From the NCBI GenBank assembly GCA_016198755.1, contig JACQIB010000001.1:64001-128000 (forward strand): 64,000 bases of DNA. Direction: 5' to 3'. Source of the stretch: Candidatus Aenigmatarchaeota archaeon. Its GTDB lineage: Archaea; Aenigmatarchaeota; Aenigmatarchaeia; Aenigmatarchaeales; JACQIB01. The position numbers were made by a program, and so were the translations under genes. A model generated the notes under the pieces. It was not told the DNA's origin. It worked only from the letters and a program-made list of their open reading frames with translations, and ran no database searches. Shown piece after piece: positions 1-9,584 of this stretch (position 1 is its first letter; every line of letters starts with the position of its first letter).

Positions 1-1
1 A

Positions 2-775
2 ATAAAAGAATTAGGTTTCCATAATGCAATATATGTTATGCTCGGGGAAATATTTTCCAAACATGGCTATTCAAACATTATAGCCCGCGCCCATTTATCA
101 CATACGTTAAAGGGAATAGGCGCATCAGCAAGTTTGTTTTCTGCACTCTCAGCTGCAACATTAAAAGTCCTTGGTGTTGAAGCAACTCTAAAAGAGATAT
201 CAGACTTTTCCTATATTGGGGATGTTGTAGCCCATGGAGGCACACCGTCCGGTATAGATAACAGCATTGCAACTTTTGGCGGGTTTTTATCCTTTAGGAA
301 ATCAGAAGGTCCAAAACCCTTAAAACTTGACTTAAACGCAAAGATAATTGTAGTAGATACAGGTGAAAAGTCTTCTACAGCTGAGCTTGTTTCCAATGTG
401 CGCAATTTGCGCGAAAAGGAACCTGAAAGAGTAAATAAAATAATGGACGAAATAGATTCTATTTCTAATGAGGCTTTGGTAAAAATAAAGAACAGGGATA
501 TTGTAGCTCTCGGAAACCTAATGGACAGAAATCACACATTGTTAAAATCCTTAGGTTGCGGCCTTTCCACCGAAAGAATAGAAAAAATAGTGTCTATTGC
601 AAAGGAAAACGGAGCTTATGGCGCAAAACTGTCTGGAGCAGGTGGTGGAGGGATATGCATTGCTTTGACAGACAATCCAAAAAAGATATTAGACTCACTG
701 AAAAATGCAGGTTTTTACTGTTTTGAAACAAATCTTGGAGCCCATGGGGTTTCAATAGATGAAACAGGTTTTTGA
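2..775 (+). CDS. mvk: mevalonate kinase (5' partial)
   Basis: Frame open from window start; GHMP motifs KGIGASAS, AHGGTPSGIDN, GAKLSGAGGGG. Confidence 0.8.
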   Translation: MKELGFHNAIYVMLGEIFSKHGYSNIIARAHLSHTLKGIGASASLFSALSAATLKVLGVEATLKEISDFSYIGDVVAHGGTPSGIDNSIATFGGFLSFRKSEGPKPLKLDLNAKIIVVDTGEKSSTAELVSNVRNLREKEPERVNKIMDEIDSISNEALVKIKNRDIVALGNLMDRNHTLLKSLGCGLSTERIEKIVSIAKENGAYGAKLSGAGGGGICIALTDNPKKILDSLKNAGFYCFETNLGAHGVSIDETGF

Positions 776-861
776 CACATTTTTCAATAAACCATACTTC
801 GCTTTTTGCCGTATTATTAAAAACTCTTTATAAATTAGCCACATGCTGAATTTACTACGTT

Positions 862-1821
862 ATGGTCAAGGTATCAGCCCCAGGAAAGCTCTTGCTCTGC
901 GGGGATCATGCAGTTGTACATGGAAATCCATGTATTGTAACAGCAGTGGATCACAGAGCTTTTGTTACTGCTAAAAGCACTGGCGGGAACGCTGTTGTTG
1001 TAAAAGCCCCTGATGTTGGCATAACAGAATTCTCATATCCACTACCTTTCAATGGTCTTTCAGTTCCAAAAGGTGCAGCTTTTGTAATACAGGCAGTGAA
1101 AAACTTCTATGGCAAATATGGACTTAGCGATGGACTTGTTATAGAGACAGCTTCTGAGTTTCCATCTTCATTTGGGCTTGGAAGTTCTTCTGCTGTAACA
1201 GTAGCTACCGTAAAAGCACTATCAGATATTTTCTCAATAAAAATGGAACCACGCGAGATTTTTGATCTTTCATATAAAACTGTTTTGGATGTGCAGGGTG
1301 TGGGATCTGGATTTGATGTTGCATCAGCAGCCTATGGAGGAACACTGTTTTATTTTACAGGAGGAAAAATAATCGAACCTCTCACTGTTAAAAAAATTCC
1401 CTTGATTGTAGGCTATACAGGACAGAAAGCTGATACAGCTACAATAGTAAGGAAGGTGGATGAGAAATTAAAAGCCTATCCTGATCATGTTCTTTCAAAT
1501 TTCAATCTTATAGGAAAAATAGTGCTGGATGCAAAAGATACAATAGAGAGAAAAGACTGGAAGAAACTGGGGGATATTTTCAATTTCGACCACGGTCTGC
1601 TTTCAGGTTTAGGAGTTTCCTGCGCAGAGCTTGAAAAGCTTGTATTTGCTGCGCGCAACGCAGGTGCTTACGGTGCAAAACTATCGGGAGCAGGCGGGGG
1701 GGATTGTATGATAGCTGTTTCAGAAGACACAGAGAGCATTGTAACAGCAATAGACAGCGCAGGCGGGAAAGTTATTCCAGTCAGGACAGGCGTTGAAGGA
1801 GTAAGGATAGAGACTGAATAA
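862..1821 (+). CDS. GHMP kinase, mevalonate/phosphomevalonate kinase-like
   Basis: APGKLLLCGDHAVV, FGLGSSSA, VQGVGSGFDVASAAYGG, KLSGAGGGDC. Confidence 0.8.
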   Translation: MVKVSAPGKLLLCGDHAVVHGNPCIVTAVDHRAFVTAKSTGGNAVVVKAPDVGITEFSYPLPFNGLSVPKGAAFVIQAVKNFYGKYGLSDGLVIETASEFPSSFGLGSSSAVTVATVKALSDIFSIKMEPREIFDLSYKTVLDVQGVGSGFDVASAAYGGTLFYFTGGKIIEPLTVKKIPLIVGYTGQKADTATIVRKVDEKLKAYPDHVLSNFNLIGKIVLDAKDTIERKDWKKLGDIFNFDHGLLSGLGVSCAELEKLVFAARNAGAYGAKLSGAGGGDCMIAVSEDTESIVTAIDSAGGKVIPVRTGVEGVRIETE

Positions 1822-1971
1822 AAAGGAGCGCTTAAATTCACTAAAAGCAAACAACCTTTCTATGAAAACAATAGGGTAGATAAGCATGGAAAAATCCTTT
1901 CTTCTGCACTGTTGGAGATGAAATATAGGCAGGAACATGGGTTTAAATAGATTTTTCTTCCTTTAGCTGTT

Positions 1972-3198
1972 ATGAAAGAAACCGTTGTCTCGGCTCCCGG
2001 AAAATTCTTATTGACAGGAGAATATCTAGTAGCATTAGAGTCAGATAGGCCCGCATATTCTGCTGCCATTAACAGAAGAGTATTTTCTTGGATAGGGGAG
2101 CTGGAAGGGAGATCTGTAACAATAAACATGCCCCAGTTTGGAATTGTAGGGAAAATGGATATAGGCGATGGTGGTAAAACAGAAGTATATCCAACAAGCA
2201 AACGGAGGCAGTTCAGATATATTGAGAATGCGGTGGAATTTACGCTCAGATATTTGAAAGAGGCAGGCGTTTCATTAGAGGGAATGCATATAATTACCTT
2301 AAATGAAAGGGATTTTTTCAGAGATTGGGGAATTTCTAAATCAAGGTTTGGAAGCTCTGCTGCAGCTACTGTGGCTACAGTTGGTGCAATATTTTCCTAT
2401 TATCATAGGGATATTTCAAACCCAGAGGAGAGGGAGCGTATATTTAACCTGTCGCAGATGGCTCACCATCATTCACAGGGCGGGTTTGGCAGCGGGTTTG
2501 ATGTGTCAACGTCTCTCAATGGATCTCAAGTTTACACAAGATTCCCAGAAGATAATATACCACCCAAAGCCACTTTAACTAACAAAGTTATTCTTAATCG
2601 TACTGATTCTAAATGGACATATTCGATGCGTTCGCTCGGGCTTCCCGAAGGCGTAGAAACAGCCATAGCAGTGACCAGAGGTTTAGACAATCCCATTGAA
2701 ATGCTGTCTAGAGTGAGGCATATGAAAAGTTCCAGACAAGACATTTACGGTGATGTAATGAACAAACTCGATGTGGCAAACAGGGATTTTGTGAGTCTTC
2801 TTGAAAGAGGCGTCAGAGGAGAAGAAATAGGGCAGGCTCTAACAAGAACCAGATTGCTTACCAGAGAGCTTGGAGAAAAGTCTGGTGTTGTTATAGAGCC
2901 TCCCCACATCAGGGCAGCATTAGACAATGTTGTTTCCATGGGAGGTGCATGGGGGGCAAAACTCCAAGGAGCTGGTGGAGGATACTCTGCAATTGCACTA
3001 TGTTCAATGGAACATTTTTATCACAGTTGTGGAATAATGTCTACGGCAGGCTTTACTCCTCTCTCTGACATGAGAGTAGATAATTCAACTGAAAAACCTA
3101 TTGGAATGAGATTAGAAGACCCCCAGACATTTCATGATCTGGCAAACAGTCTGGGGTTAGCACTTTTTGAACCCGATCATGGATATCATGAAAATTGA
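1972..3198 (+). CDS. phosphomevalonate kinase, ERG8-like
   Basis: SAPGKFLLTGEYLV, FGSSAA, HHHSQGGFGSGFDV resembles ERG8 HxxAQGKIGSGFDV. Confidence 0.75.
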   Translation: MKETVVSAPGKFLLTGEYLVALESDRPAYSAAINRRVFSWIGELEGRSVTINMPQFGIVGKMDIGDGGKTEVYPTSKRRQFRYIENAVEFTLRYLKEAGVSLEGMHIITLNERDFFRDWGISKSRFGSSAAATVATVGAIFSYYHRDISNPEERERIFNLSQMAHHHSQGGFGSGFDVSTSLNGSQVYTRFPEDNIPPKATLTNKVILNRTDSKWTYSMRSLGLPEGVETAIAVTRGLDNPIEMLSRVRHMKSSRQDIYGDVMNKLDVANRDFVSLLERGVRGEEIGQALTRTRLLTRELGEKSGVVIEPPHIRAALDNVVSMGGAWGAKLQGAGGGYSAIALCSMEHFYHSCGIMSTAGFTPLSDMRVDNSTEKPIGMRLEDPQTFHDLANSLGLALFEPDHGYHEN

Positions 3199-3267
3199 TT
3201 TTCAACTGTCGTACAATATACGACAGCTCTAACAACGCTTAAATAGACTTTTCCTTAAACAAAGCCC

Positions 3268-4323
3268 ATGCCAGAGTCTTCCAGAGACTTTACACCCAGC
3301 AGAAAATCAGAGCACATAAGAATAACAACTCAGGAGAATGTGGAAACTGGGAGCACGGGATTTGAGGACGTTTCTTTATTACATAAAGCTGTTCCGGAGC
3401 TGAATTTTGAGAAAGTTTCAACTGAAACAGAGTTTTTCGGAAAGAAATTCTCTCTCCCTCTAATGATAGCAGGAATGACTGGAGGGGCAGTAGAAACAAA
3501 GGAAATTAATTTAGGTTTGGCAAAGGCAGCTGAAGAGGCTGGGATAGGGATGGGGGTTGGTTCACAGAAAGCAATGATTGAACATGAAGAATTAACAGAA
3601 ACCTATTCTGTGCGTTCTATTGCACCTACAATTTTTCTGTGCGGAAATATCGGTTTACCAAAATTAAAAATATACTCTGTGCAGCAGATTGAAAAAATGC
3701 TGCTCTCTATTAAGGCAGATGCTCTCTGTGTCCATTTAAACCCTGCACAAGAACTGTTTCAAAAAGACTCTGAGATAGAGCCAGACTGGACAGGCTGCTT
3801 CTCTGCCTTAAAAACTATTTGCTCTGAGCTAAACTATCCTGTTATAGCAAAGGAAGTTGGAAATGGTATCTCGAAAGAAACAGCTGTCCAGCTAAAAGAA
3901 GCGGGGGTTAAAGCAATCGATGTTGGCGGAGCTGGTGGAACAAGCTGGGTTGTTATAGATGGTATGAGATCTGGAAAGGATACAACAGATTTTAAAAATT
4001 GGGGAATTCCAACTGCAATCTCAATTCTCGAGGCAAGGAAAGCTGGATTACCAATAATTGCAACAGGCGGGCTTCGCTCTGGGCTGGATATTGCAAAAGC
4101 CCTTGTTCTTGGAGCTGATTTGGCTGGAATAGCCCTGCCTTTCCTAAAAGAGTTCAAACGTGGCGGTGTTCCAGCTGTTGAAGCCTATATAGAAAAGCTG
4201 GAAAGAGAGCTGCGCACAGCAATGTTTCTCTCTGGCTGTAAATCAATCTCCGAGCTGAAAAAACTCAAACCAATTATAACAGGCAAAACAAAAGAATGGG
4301 CAGAACAGCGCGGCTTATTTTAG
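3268..4323 (+). CDS. fni: type 2 isopentenyl-diphosphate isomerase
   Basis: RKSEHI, GMTGG, GVGSQ, HLNPAQE, KEVGNG, GGAGGTSW. Confidence 0.95.
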   Translation: MPESSRDFTPSRKSEHIRITTQENVETGSTGFEDVSLLHKAVPELNFEKVSTETEFFGKKFSLPLMIAGMTGGAVETKEINLGLAKAAEEAGIGMGVGSQKAMIEHEELTETYSVRSIAPTIFLCGNIGLPKLKIYSVQQIEKMLLSIKADALCVHLNPAQELFQKDSEIEPDWTGCFSALKTICSELNYPVIAKEVGNGISKETAVQLKEAGVKAIDVGGAGGTSWVVIDGMRSGKDTTDFKNWGIPTAISILEARKAGLPIIATGGLRSGLDIAKALVLGADLAGIALPFLKEFKRGGVPAVEAYIEKLERELRTAMFLSGCKSISELKKLKPIITGKTKEWAEQRGLF

Positions 4324-4368
4324 GCAGGTTCATATCACTTTTTAAGTGTAGATTTGTTAACAAAACAT

Positions 4369-5298
4369 ATGGCAAAAATAACGATATTGGGCGCAGGTGC
4401 TATGTCATCTGCCATTTCCATTCCGCTTATAAAAAACAGGAATAAAGTTAATATCTGGGGAACAGAATTCGATAAAGCAATTATAGACAAGCTAAAGTCA
4501 GATCAGCCACACCCCACGTTAAATATGATAATAGATGCAAATTTCTTTTATTCTGATCAGCTCGCGGAAGCCATAGAAGACTCGGAAATTGTGATATTTG
4601 GTGTGGTTTCCTCCGGCGTTAGAAAGATTGCACAAATGGCAAAGAAGTTTTTGAAAAAGCAAATAATAGTAAATGTCGCAAAAGGGTTTGATAACGGCCA
4701 AACAATGGTAGAGGTTTTGGAGCAGGAACTTCCCGATTTACCAAAGGTTGTGGTTGCAGGTCCATCTAACGCAAAAGACGTTTCCCAATCCCAGAATACA
4801 ACAGTTGTTTTTGCATCTTCTGATGTACATGCGGCAGATATATGCAAAAAGGCGTTCCAAACAGAAAACTACAGCATAGAAATTTCCGACGATTCAAACG
4901 GTGCTGAGATATGTTCCTCCCTCAAAAACGTATACGGTATACTTATCCACTCCGCAAAGACAGATAACGAGCGGTCAGTGCTTTTTGTAAAATCCCTTGA
5001 GGAGATTGGCATATTTGCAGAAGCATGCGGAGGCAAGTTAAAAACAGTTTATGGCTTGGCAGGAGCCGGAGACCTTTACCTAACACAATGGGGAAGGAAT
5101 GGCATGCTTGGCAAAATGATAGCAGATGGAAAGAAACCCTCTGCAGCATTGGAAGAACTAAAGGCAAAAAACATTACTGTAGAAGGATATGCTGCAACAA
5201 AGGCTGCAGTTGAGCTTGCAAAATCAAAAAACCTAAACCTGCCTTTGTTGGAATCTGCATATAATCTTCTCTACAGGGACCAGCCCTTCAAAATATAA
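4369..5298 (+). CDS. gpsA: NAD(P)H-dependent glycerol-3-phosphate dehydrogenase
   Basis: GAGAMS Rossmann motif, AKG, GPSNA, LKNVYGI, GLAGAGDLYLT..GRN, VEG. Confidence 0.8.
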   Translation: MAKITILGAGAMSSAISIPLIKNRNKVNIWGTEFDKAIIDKLKSDQPHPTLNMIIDANFFYSDQLAEAIEDSEIVIFGVVSSGVRKIAQMAKKFLKKQIIVNVAKGFDNGQTMVEVLEQELPDLPKVVVAGPSNAKDVSQSQNTTVVFASSDVHAADICKKAFQTENYSIEISDDSNGAEICSSLKNVYGILIHSAKTDNERSVLFVKSLEEIGIFAEACGGKLKTVYGLAGAGDLYLTQWGRNGMLGKMIADGKKPSAALEELKAKNITVEGYAATKAAVELAKSKNLNLPLLESAYNLLYRDQPFKI

Positions 5299-5305
5299 AT
5301 ACTGT

Positions 5306-6037
5306 TCAAATCAACATTGATTGAGGGGAAATTCCAGCTCCACCTGCAGCAGAATATGCCATAGCAACAAAAACAATTATTATTCCTGCCAATATCAACA
5401 GTACTATAAGTGGTAAGAGCAGAGCAATTGCAGCAGTGCTTGTCTTAACTTTGTGTGCAATTTTCATAGCTCGAATCTGATATACAATAGATAATAATGC
5501 AAGAATAGCAACACCTAATCCACCCACTGCAAACAAAATCAATCCGATTGTTGCGCTTGTTTTTATCAGAATAGATCCCAGCAATAAAGGCAACATAAAC
5601 AAATACAGTCCAATCCTTATTGGAGCCTGAACTAAAGCAAGCAGGAAGGTCTGTTTTCCATATGTTCCTGTGCCACCCATGTTCTTTGCAAGCAAATAAA
5701 CAATACCAGAGGAAAGCAGTAATGAAACAGCCTCAGTAACTGTGAAGTAAAAGAGTAGATACCCTGTATACACTAAAAGCACCATAAAAACTGCAGCACC
5801 TACAATTCCTGACATTGAAGGCAGGCCCATAGAAGAGGCAAAACTTTCTGAGATTGTCGGTGATAATAAAAATAACATTATAAGTATAATTCCAAACAGG
5901 ATTGAAGATATACCAGACGACAGTACAGTGTGTATAACCCCATCTTCCAAAGTTCCTTTTTTCAGTGTTTTAGCAAAAGTTTCTTTTGGATTTTGCAAAA
6001 CATCTTTCCAAAGCCCTATCCTTTCTTTAAAACTCAA
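5306..6037 (-). CDS. Yip1-family membrane protein
   Basis: VLQNPKETF N-terminal motif, about 5 hydrophobic helices, GGTGTY. Confidence 0.7.
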   Translation of the reverse strand: MSFKERIGLWKDVLQNPKETFAKTLKKGTLEDGVIHTVLSSGISSILFGIILIMLFLLSPTISESFASSMGLPSMSGIVGAAVFMVLLVYTGYLLFYFTVTEAVSLLLSSGIVYLLAKNMGGTGTYGKQTFLLALVQAPIRIGLYLFMLPLLLGSILIKTSATIGLILFAVGGLGVAILALLSIVYQIRAMKIAHKVKTSTAAIALLLPLIVLLILAGIIIVFVAMAYSAAGGAGISPQSMLI

Positions 6038-6211
6038 TTAAATCCCCAGCAGGAACCTGCCTCCCATAAGGAGGGAAAACTCTAATGCTATAATAACAAC
6101 AGCAAGCTCAACCACATGAATTGGCTTTAGTTTTATCAGAGCATGCTCAGACTCGTAGTATCTAACAAGCCCAGCCATTCCACTTGGAGCCTGCGACTGC
6201 TGCTTTTCCAT
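6038..6211 (-). CDS. secG: preprotein translocase Sec61beta/SecG
   Basis: Hand-translated 57 aa: MEKQQSQAPSGMAGLVRYYESE...IKLKPIHVV plus TM helix. Confidence 0.85.
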   Translation of the reverse strand: MEKQQSQAPSGMAGLVRYYESEHALIKLKPIHVVELAVVIIALEFSLLMGGRFLLGI

Positions 6212-6273
6212 GCCTCAAAATTGTATAACTACCTATTTAAACCTGTTGAAACCTAAAGAAAAAATAAGAAAAT

Positions 6274-6678
6274 TTAAGCTATTGAAGCCCCGCTCTCAGT
6301 CTTCGCATCCTCTTCCATTCCCAATGGAGGGCGCTGGTCTGTAAGGTTCATCATGTAGGGACCTCTCCTGCTAAAGTAGTTTCCAACCTTTGTAAAATAT
6401 TTGAACGAAACCTCTAAGGTTTTAACTCCCCAGTTAAAGTGCGCTTCCAGTCTATTGGCCAATAGCACGCTTGTGATACCGTTTATTGCACCCAGTATCA
6501 TGCCTACAAACATGTATACCATTACTATTATATAATAAATAAAACTGTATACAGAACCAACAATCATAATCAAAATAATCCAGATTGGCCTTATAATCAA
6601 AGCTTCTAATCTGCTTGCTTTTGAATCATAGTTAAGCTTAGCATTCCTTATCTTGTACTCAACCGGTACATCTGCCAT
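6274..6678 (-). CDS. DUF4389-like membrane protein
   Basis: SRLEALIIRPIW, TM segments, YMMNLTDQRPP. Confidence 0.55.
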   Translation of the reverse strand: MADVPVEYKIRNAKLNYDSKASRLEALIIRPIWIILIMIVGSVYSFIYYIIVMVYMFVGMILGAINGITSVLLANRLEAHFNWGVKTLEVSFKYFTKVGNYFSRRGPYMMNLTDQRPPLGMEEDAKTESGASIA

Positions 6679-6761
6679 GCGCAATTCTATACACTAACTA
6701 GTATATAAATCTATCTCCAACGGCAAACGCCTTACTTTCTATTCTAGAAGAGAAAAAAAGT

Positions 6762-7070
6762 TGTGTGTTGGGGTTAGCCCGCCTTTTGTTCGCCTGCCCG
6801 GTTTCCCGGGCGCGCGGCGCGGCAGCATTTGTCTAAGCAGCCTACCCGCTGCTCTTTATTCATTGCAGCCTACTTGGCCTTGCACCTTGCTGGTTTTGCG
6901 TTCCAGAGACATACTTCACATTTGTTCATCAGGTCCCTTTTTGCGCTTCCTGTCAGTCTCCCAACAGCCTTTTACAAGGCAGCATTTTTCTGGTGGGCGG
7001 AGCTTCCTCCCCGCTAGCCTCCCCCCGAAAGGATCAGCTGAGCAGGGGCAACTGCCTCCCCAACTCACAC
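6762..7070 (-). ncRNA. rnpB: RNase P RNA
   Basis: Minus strand GAGGAAGCTCCGCCC ... ACAAAAGGCGGGCT (P4), terminal helix GTGTGAGTTGGGG/CCCCAACACAC, GC-rich, followed by oligo-T. Confidence 0.9.
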
Positions 7071-7115
7071 TATAAATTTTATCCAGAACACACTTAAAGC
7101 TTTCTGATGCGGCAA

Positions 7116-7547
7116 TCATTTGGCAGGATGCGCAAAAGATTTCAACAATTCAGCAAAGCTTAGGCAATTTATATCTTTCAGTTTCTTAAAGTCCATACCG
7201 TTGCTTACTATTGCATAAACCCCATGATTTATTGAAACAGCTGCATGAATTGCATCTCTAGGTTCCATACCCTTTCTCATAAAATCAAAAGAAAATGCTA
7301 TGTCCTCTCCAGAAACAGGAACTATGTTCAAATTAAATATTTTGAATATAGACTCTCCATAATTTATTGCGGATGCATAGTCCAAATGTCTCTTAAGTAC
7401 AAATATAACCTCGTCCAGAGTGAGAGAAGATGTTATTGCGCTAATTTTGTTTTCTTCAAGCAACTTAAAAATTTCTCTTGCCCGCTCCCCAATATTTCCC
7501 TTATCCAACCTGGCATAAATAAACAAATTAGAATCCAGATAATACAT
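7116..7547 (-). CDS. vapC: VapC/PIN toxin
   Basis: YLDSNLFIY, TLDE, RDAIHAA. Confidence 0.9.
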   Translation of the reverse strand: MYYLDSNLFIYARLDKGNIGERAREIFKLLEENKISAITSSLTLDEVIFVLKRHLDYASAINYGESIFKIFNLNIVPVSGEDIAFSFDFMRKGMEPRDAIHAAVSINHGVYAIVSNGMDFKKLKDINCLSFAELLKSFAHPAK

Positions 7548-7551
7548 TCTA

Positions 7552-7809
7552 TCACTTTGCTTTTTTGAACCTGTTTAAAGCCTCTTCCTCGTGAAGCTTA
7601 TCTAAATCAAGCTTTTCCAAAAATATTCCATCTCTTTTTACCTGTTGTTCCAAGGTTTCGTACAGTTTAACCTTTTCAGGAGTAATAAATATTTTTCCAT
7701 CTTCCAAAGACACAAAAACATGAGACTTCGGCATTATGCCAGTTATTTTTCTAATTTCCTCAGGTATGACTATCTGGCCTTTGGGTCCAACTTTTCGCTC
7801 AATATTCAT
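7552..7809 (-). CDS. vapB: AbrB/MazE-family antitoxin
   Basis: KVGPKGQIVIPEEIR; directly upstream of PIN gene. Confidence 0.85.
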   Translation of the reverse strand: MNIERKVGPKGQIVIPEEIRKITGIMPKSHVFVSLEDGKIFITPEKVKLYETLEQQVKRDGIFLEKLDLDKLHEEEALNRFKKAK

Positions 7810-7866
7810 TTATACCACATAGTATAACTTAGTATAATCACTATTTAAAACCGTATCCTTAGAATT

Positions 7867-8124
7867 CTATCCTGCAATGTTTATTGGCTTTGCAAGGGCA
7901 TTTGGAGGCAAAGGCATTGAGAATTTTACCCTCAAAGTTCCGGAAGTTCCATGTAATCCTGTAACAAGTCCATTATACTTTCTTCCCTTTGGATCAGTCC
8001 AGATAGCTTTCTTTCCAACCAGTTTCCCAGCATCTTTTTTATTGTTTACAGCAGGTACCCTAACCAAAACCTCCTTTGTGTATGCTATATGGTAATTTAC
8101 TATTACCCCTGTTGGATCTGTCAT
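7867..8124 (-). CDS. rpl35ae: 50S ribosomal protein L35Ae
   Basis: LVGKKAIW..G.VTGLHGTSGTLRVKF..PLP; GGTGAT RBS upstream of ATG 8124. Confidence 0.8.
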   Translation of the reverse strand: MTDPTGVIVNYHIAYTKEVLVRVPAVNNKKDAGKLVGKKAIWTDPKGRKYNGLVTGLHGTSGTLRVKFSMPLPPNALAKPINIAG

Positions 8125-8213
8125 TGTATCACCTATATTATATGCCATAGCTTTCTTACCCGCACCCCAATACTGTACATAACAGACATATATTGCTATC
8201 GGTTCCAGAAAAA

Positions 8214-9569
8214 TCAAGGAGTAACAGTGCTTGTTGAGGTAGCTTGGTTGTTGTTTTCATTACTCTCGCTTATACTGTTAGAAGGGTCCACGATTACTGT
8301 AACATCATAAGTTCCGGGATCTGTCTGAGCACCGGAAACAGCACAGCTCCTAGTTGGCGAGCTTTGGCCTGCATTAAGGGGGGTAAAGCTCACGGAGCAG
8401 CTAGATACAGGATTGCCTCCTTGGGAGAACATAACCTGTATATTCCCGTTTGAGGAATCACCAGTCCCGCTGTTTGTAACAATCATGTTTGTTTGTCTTC
8501 CTTTGTTCTGGAAACCTGTTATGGAAATTGTAAGGTCTGGCTTTACTTGGGTTGTGGTTGTTGTGCTGGTTGTGGTTGTTGGGACCGTTGTAGTGGTTGT
8601 CGTGGTTGTAGTAGTGGTTGTCGTGGTAGTTGTTGGTGGAGATGAACAGAATCCGCCATTCAGGGCATACCATGAACAGCCAGCTGCTGAACATGCAGCT
8701 GATGATGAACAGACGCCGCAGTTGCTAATAGCACATGTTGGAGATGTGGTTGTAGTAGTAGAGGAAGTTGTAGTGGTAGTAGTTGTAGTTCCGCCCACTG
8801 CTGTAGTCGTGGTTCCGCCAGCCGCAGTAGTTGTTGTACCACCTGCAGCCGTTGTAGTTGTGCTGGAACTGGTTGTAGTTGTTGGGGGAGCAGAACAGGA
8901 AGAAATAGTAGAGTTCCAGTTACAGGATGCACCTGTGCACGCAGATTGGATGGAACAGGCACCGCAATTGCTAATAGCGCATGTTGGAGAAGTAGTGGTT
9001 GTTGTGGAACGTGTTGTGCTCGTAGAAGCACCAACAGAACAAATTCTATTTAGGCAATATCCGCTATTGCAGTCATCATGTGAATTACATGCCTCACCGT
9101 CAGCTTTCTTTCCCACATCCACAGCAGTAGTTGTAGTTCCGCCAGCAGTGGTAGTGGTTTGCCCAGCAATTGTTGTGGTAGATCGTTTAGTTGTGCTTGT
9201 TTCAGCTGGTTTTTCAACAGAAACCTGTCCTGAAGCAGATTTTTTAATAGCGCAGATAACCTGCGAATTATCTGCATCTATCCAGACAGTTACTTCTGTT
9301 TCCACTTCCTTTGAACTTAACACAACTTTCTTGTAGTTTTCAGCAGTAAACTTTGCCCCGCAGATTTGCTCTAGTTCAGCTTTCTGCGCTTCTATTTCAG
9401 TGCTTGTAACATTGAAAACCTGTGTACTGGCATCAGGCACAGTTGAAAGGTAGCTGCTTGCTATGCTTGTTTGCTTTGCAAGTTCTATAGGATCTGTAAT
9501 AGCCTGTCCAGTACAGCCCGCAATAAGCACAACTAACCCCAAAACAAGCAGATACCGCATCCAATACAT
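8214..9569 (-). CDS. Thr-rich surface (lipo)protein with Cys-rich repeats and C-terminal CARDB domain
   Basis: IAGC lipobox, poly-Thr linkers, duplicated TCAISNCG module, KPDLTI...VDPSNSISESNENNN. Confidence 0.75.
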   Translation of the reverse strand: MYWMRYLLVLGLVVLIAGCTGQAITDPIELAKQTSIASSYLSTVPDASTQVFNVTSTEIEAQKAELEQICGAKFTAENYKKVVLSSKEVETEVTVWIDADNSQVICAIKKSASGQVSVEKPAETSTTKRSTTTIAGQTTTTAGGTTTTAVDVGKKADGEACNSHDDCNSGYCLNRICSVGASTSTTRSTTTTTSPTCAISNCGACSIQSACTGASCNWNSTISSCSAPPTTTTSSSTTTTAAGGTTTTAAGGTTTTAVGGTTTTTTTTSSTTTTTSPTCAISNCGVCSSSAACSAAGCSWYALNGGFCSSPPTTTTTTTTTTTTTTTTVPTTTTSTTTTTQVKPDLTISITGFQNKGRQTNMIVTNSGTGDSSNGNIQVMFSQGGNPVSSCSVSFTPLNAGQSSPTRSCAVSGAQTDPGTYDVTVIVDPSNSISESNENNNQATSTSTVTP

Positions 9570-9584
9570 TCCAAAAGCCAGAAT

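Noticed and set aside
6761-7119. Short ORFs on both strands
   Set aside because: Overlap the GC-rich RNase P RNA gene
8550-8890. Repetitive GTTGTAGT tract as CRISPR array
   Set aside because: Thr codon repeats; no repeat-spacer periodicity, and no CRISPR array seen anywhere in the window
8413-9336. 307-aa Val-rich plus-strand ORF
   Set aside because: Antisense shadow of the poly-Thr surface protein
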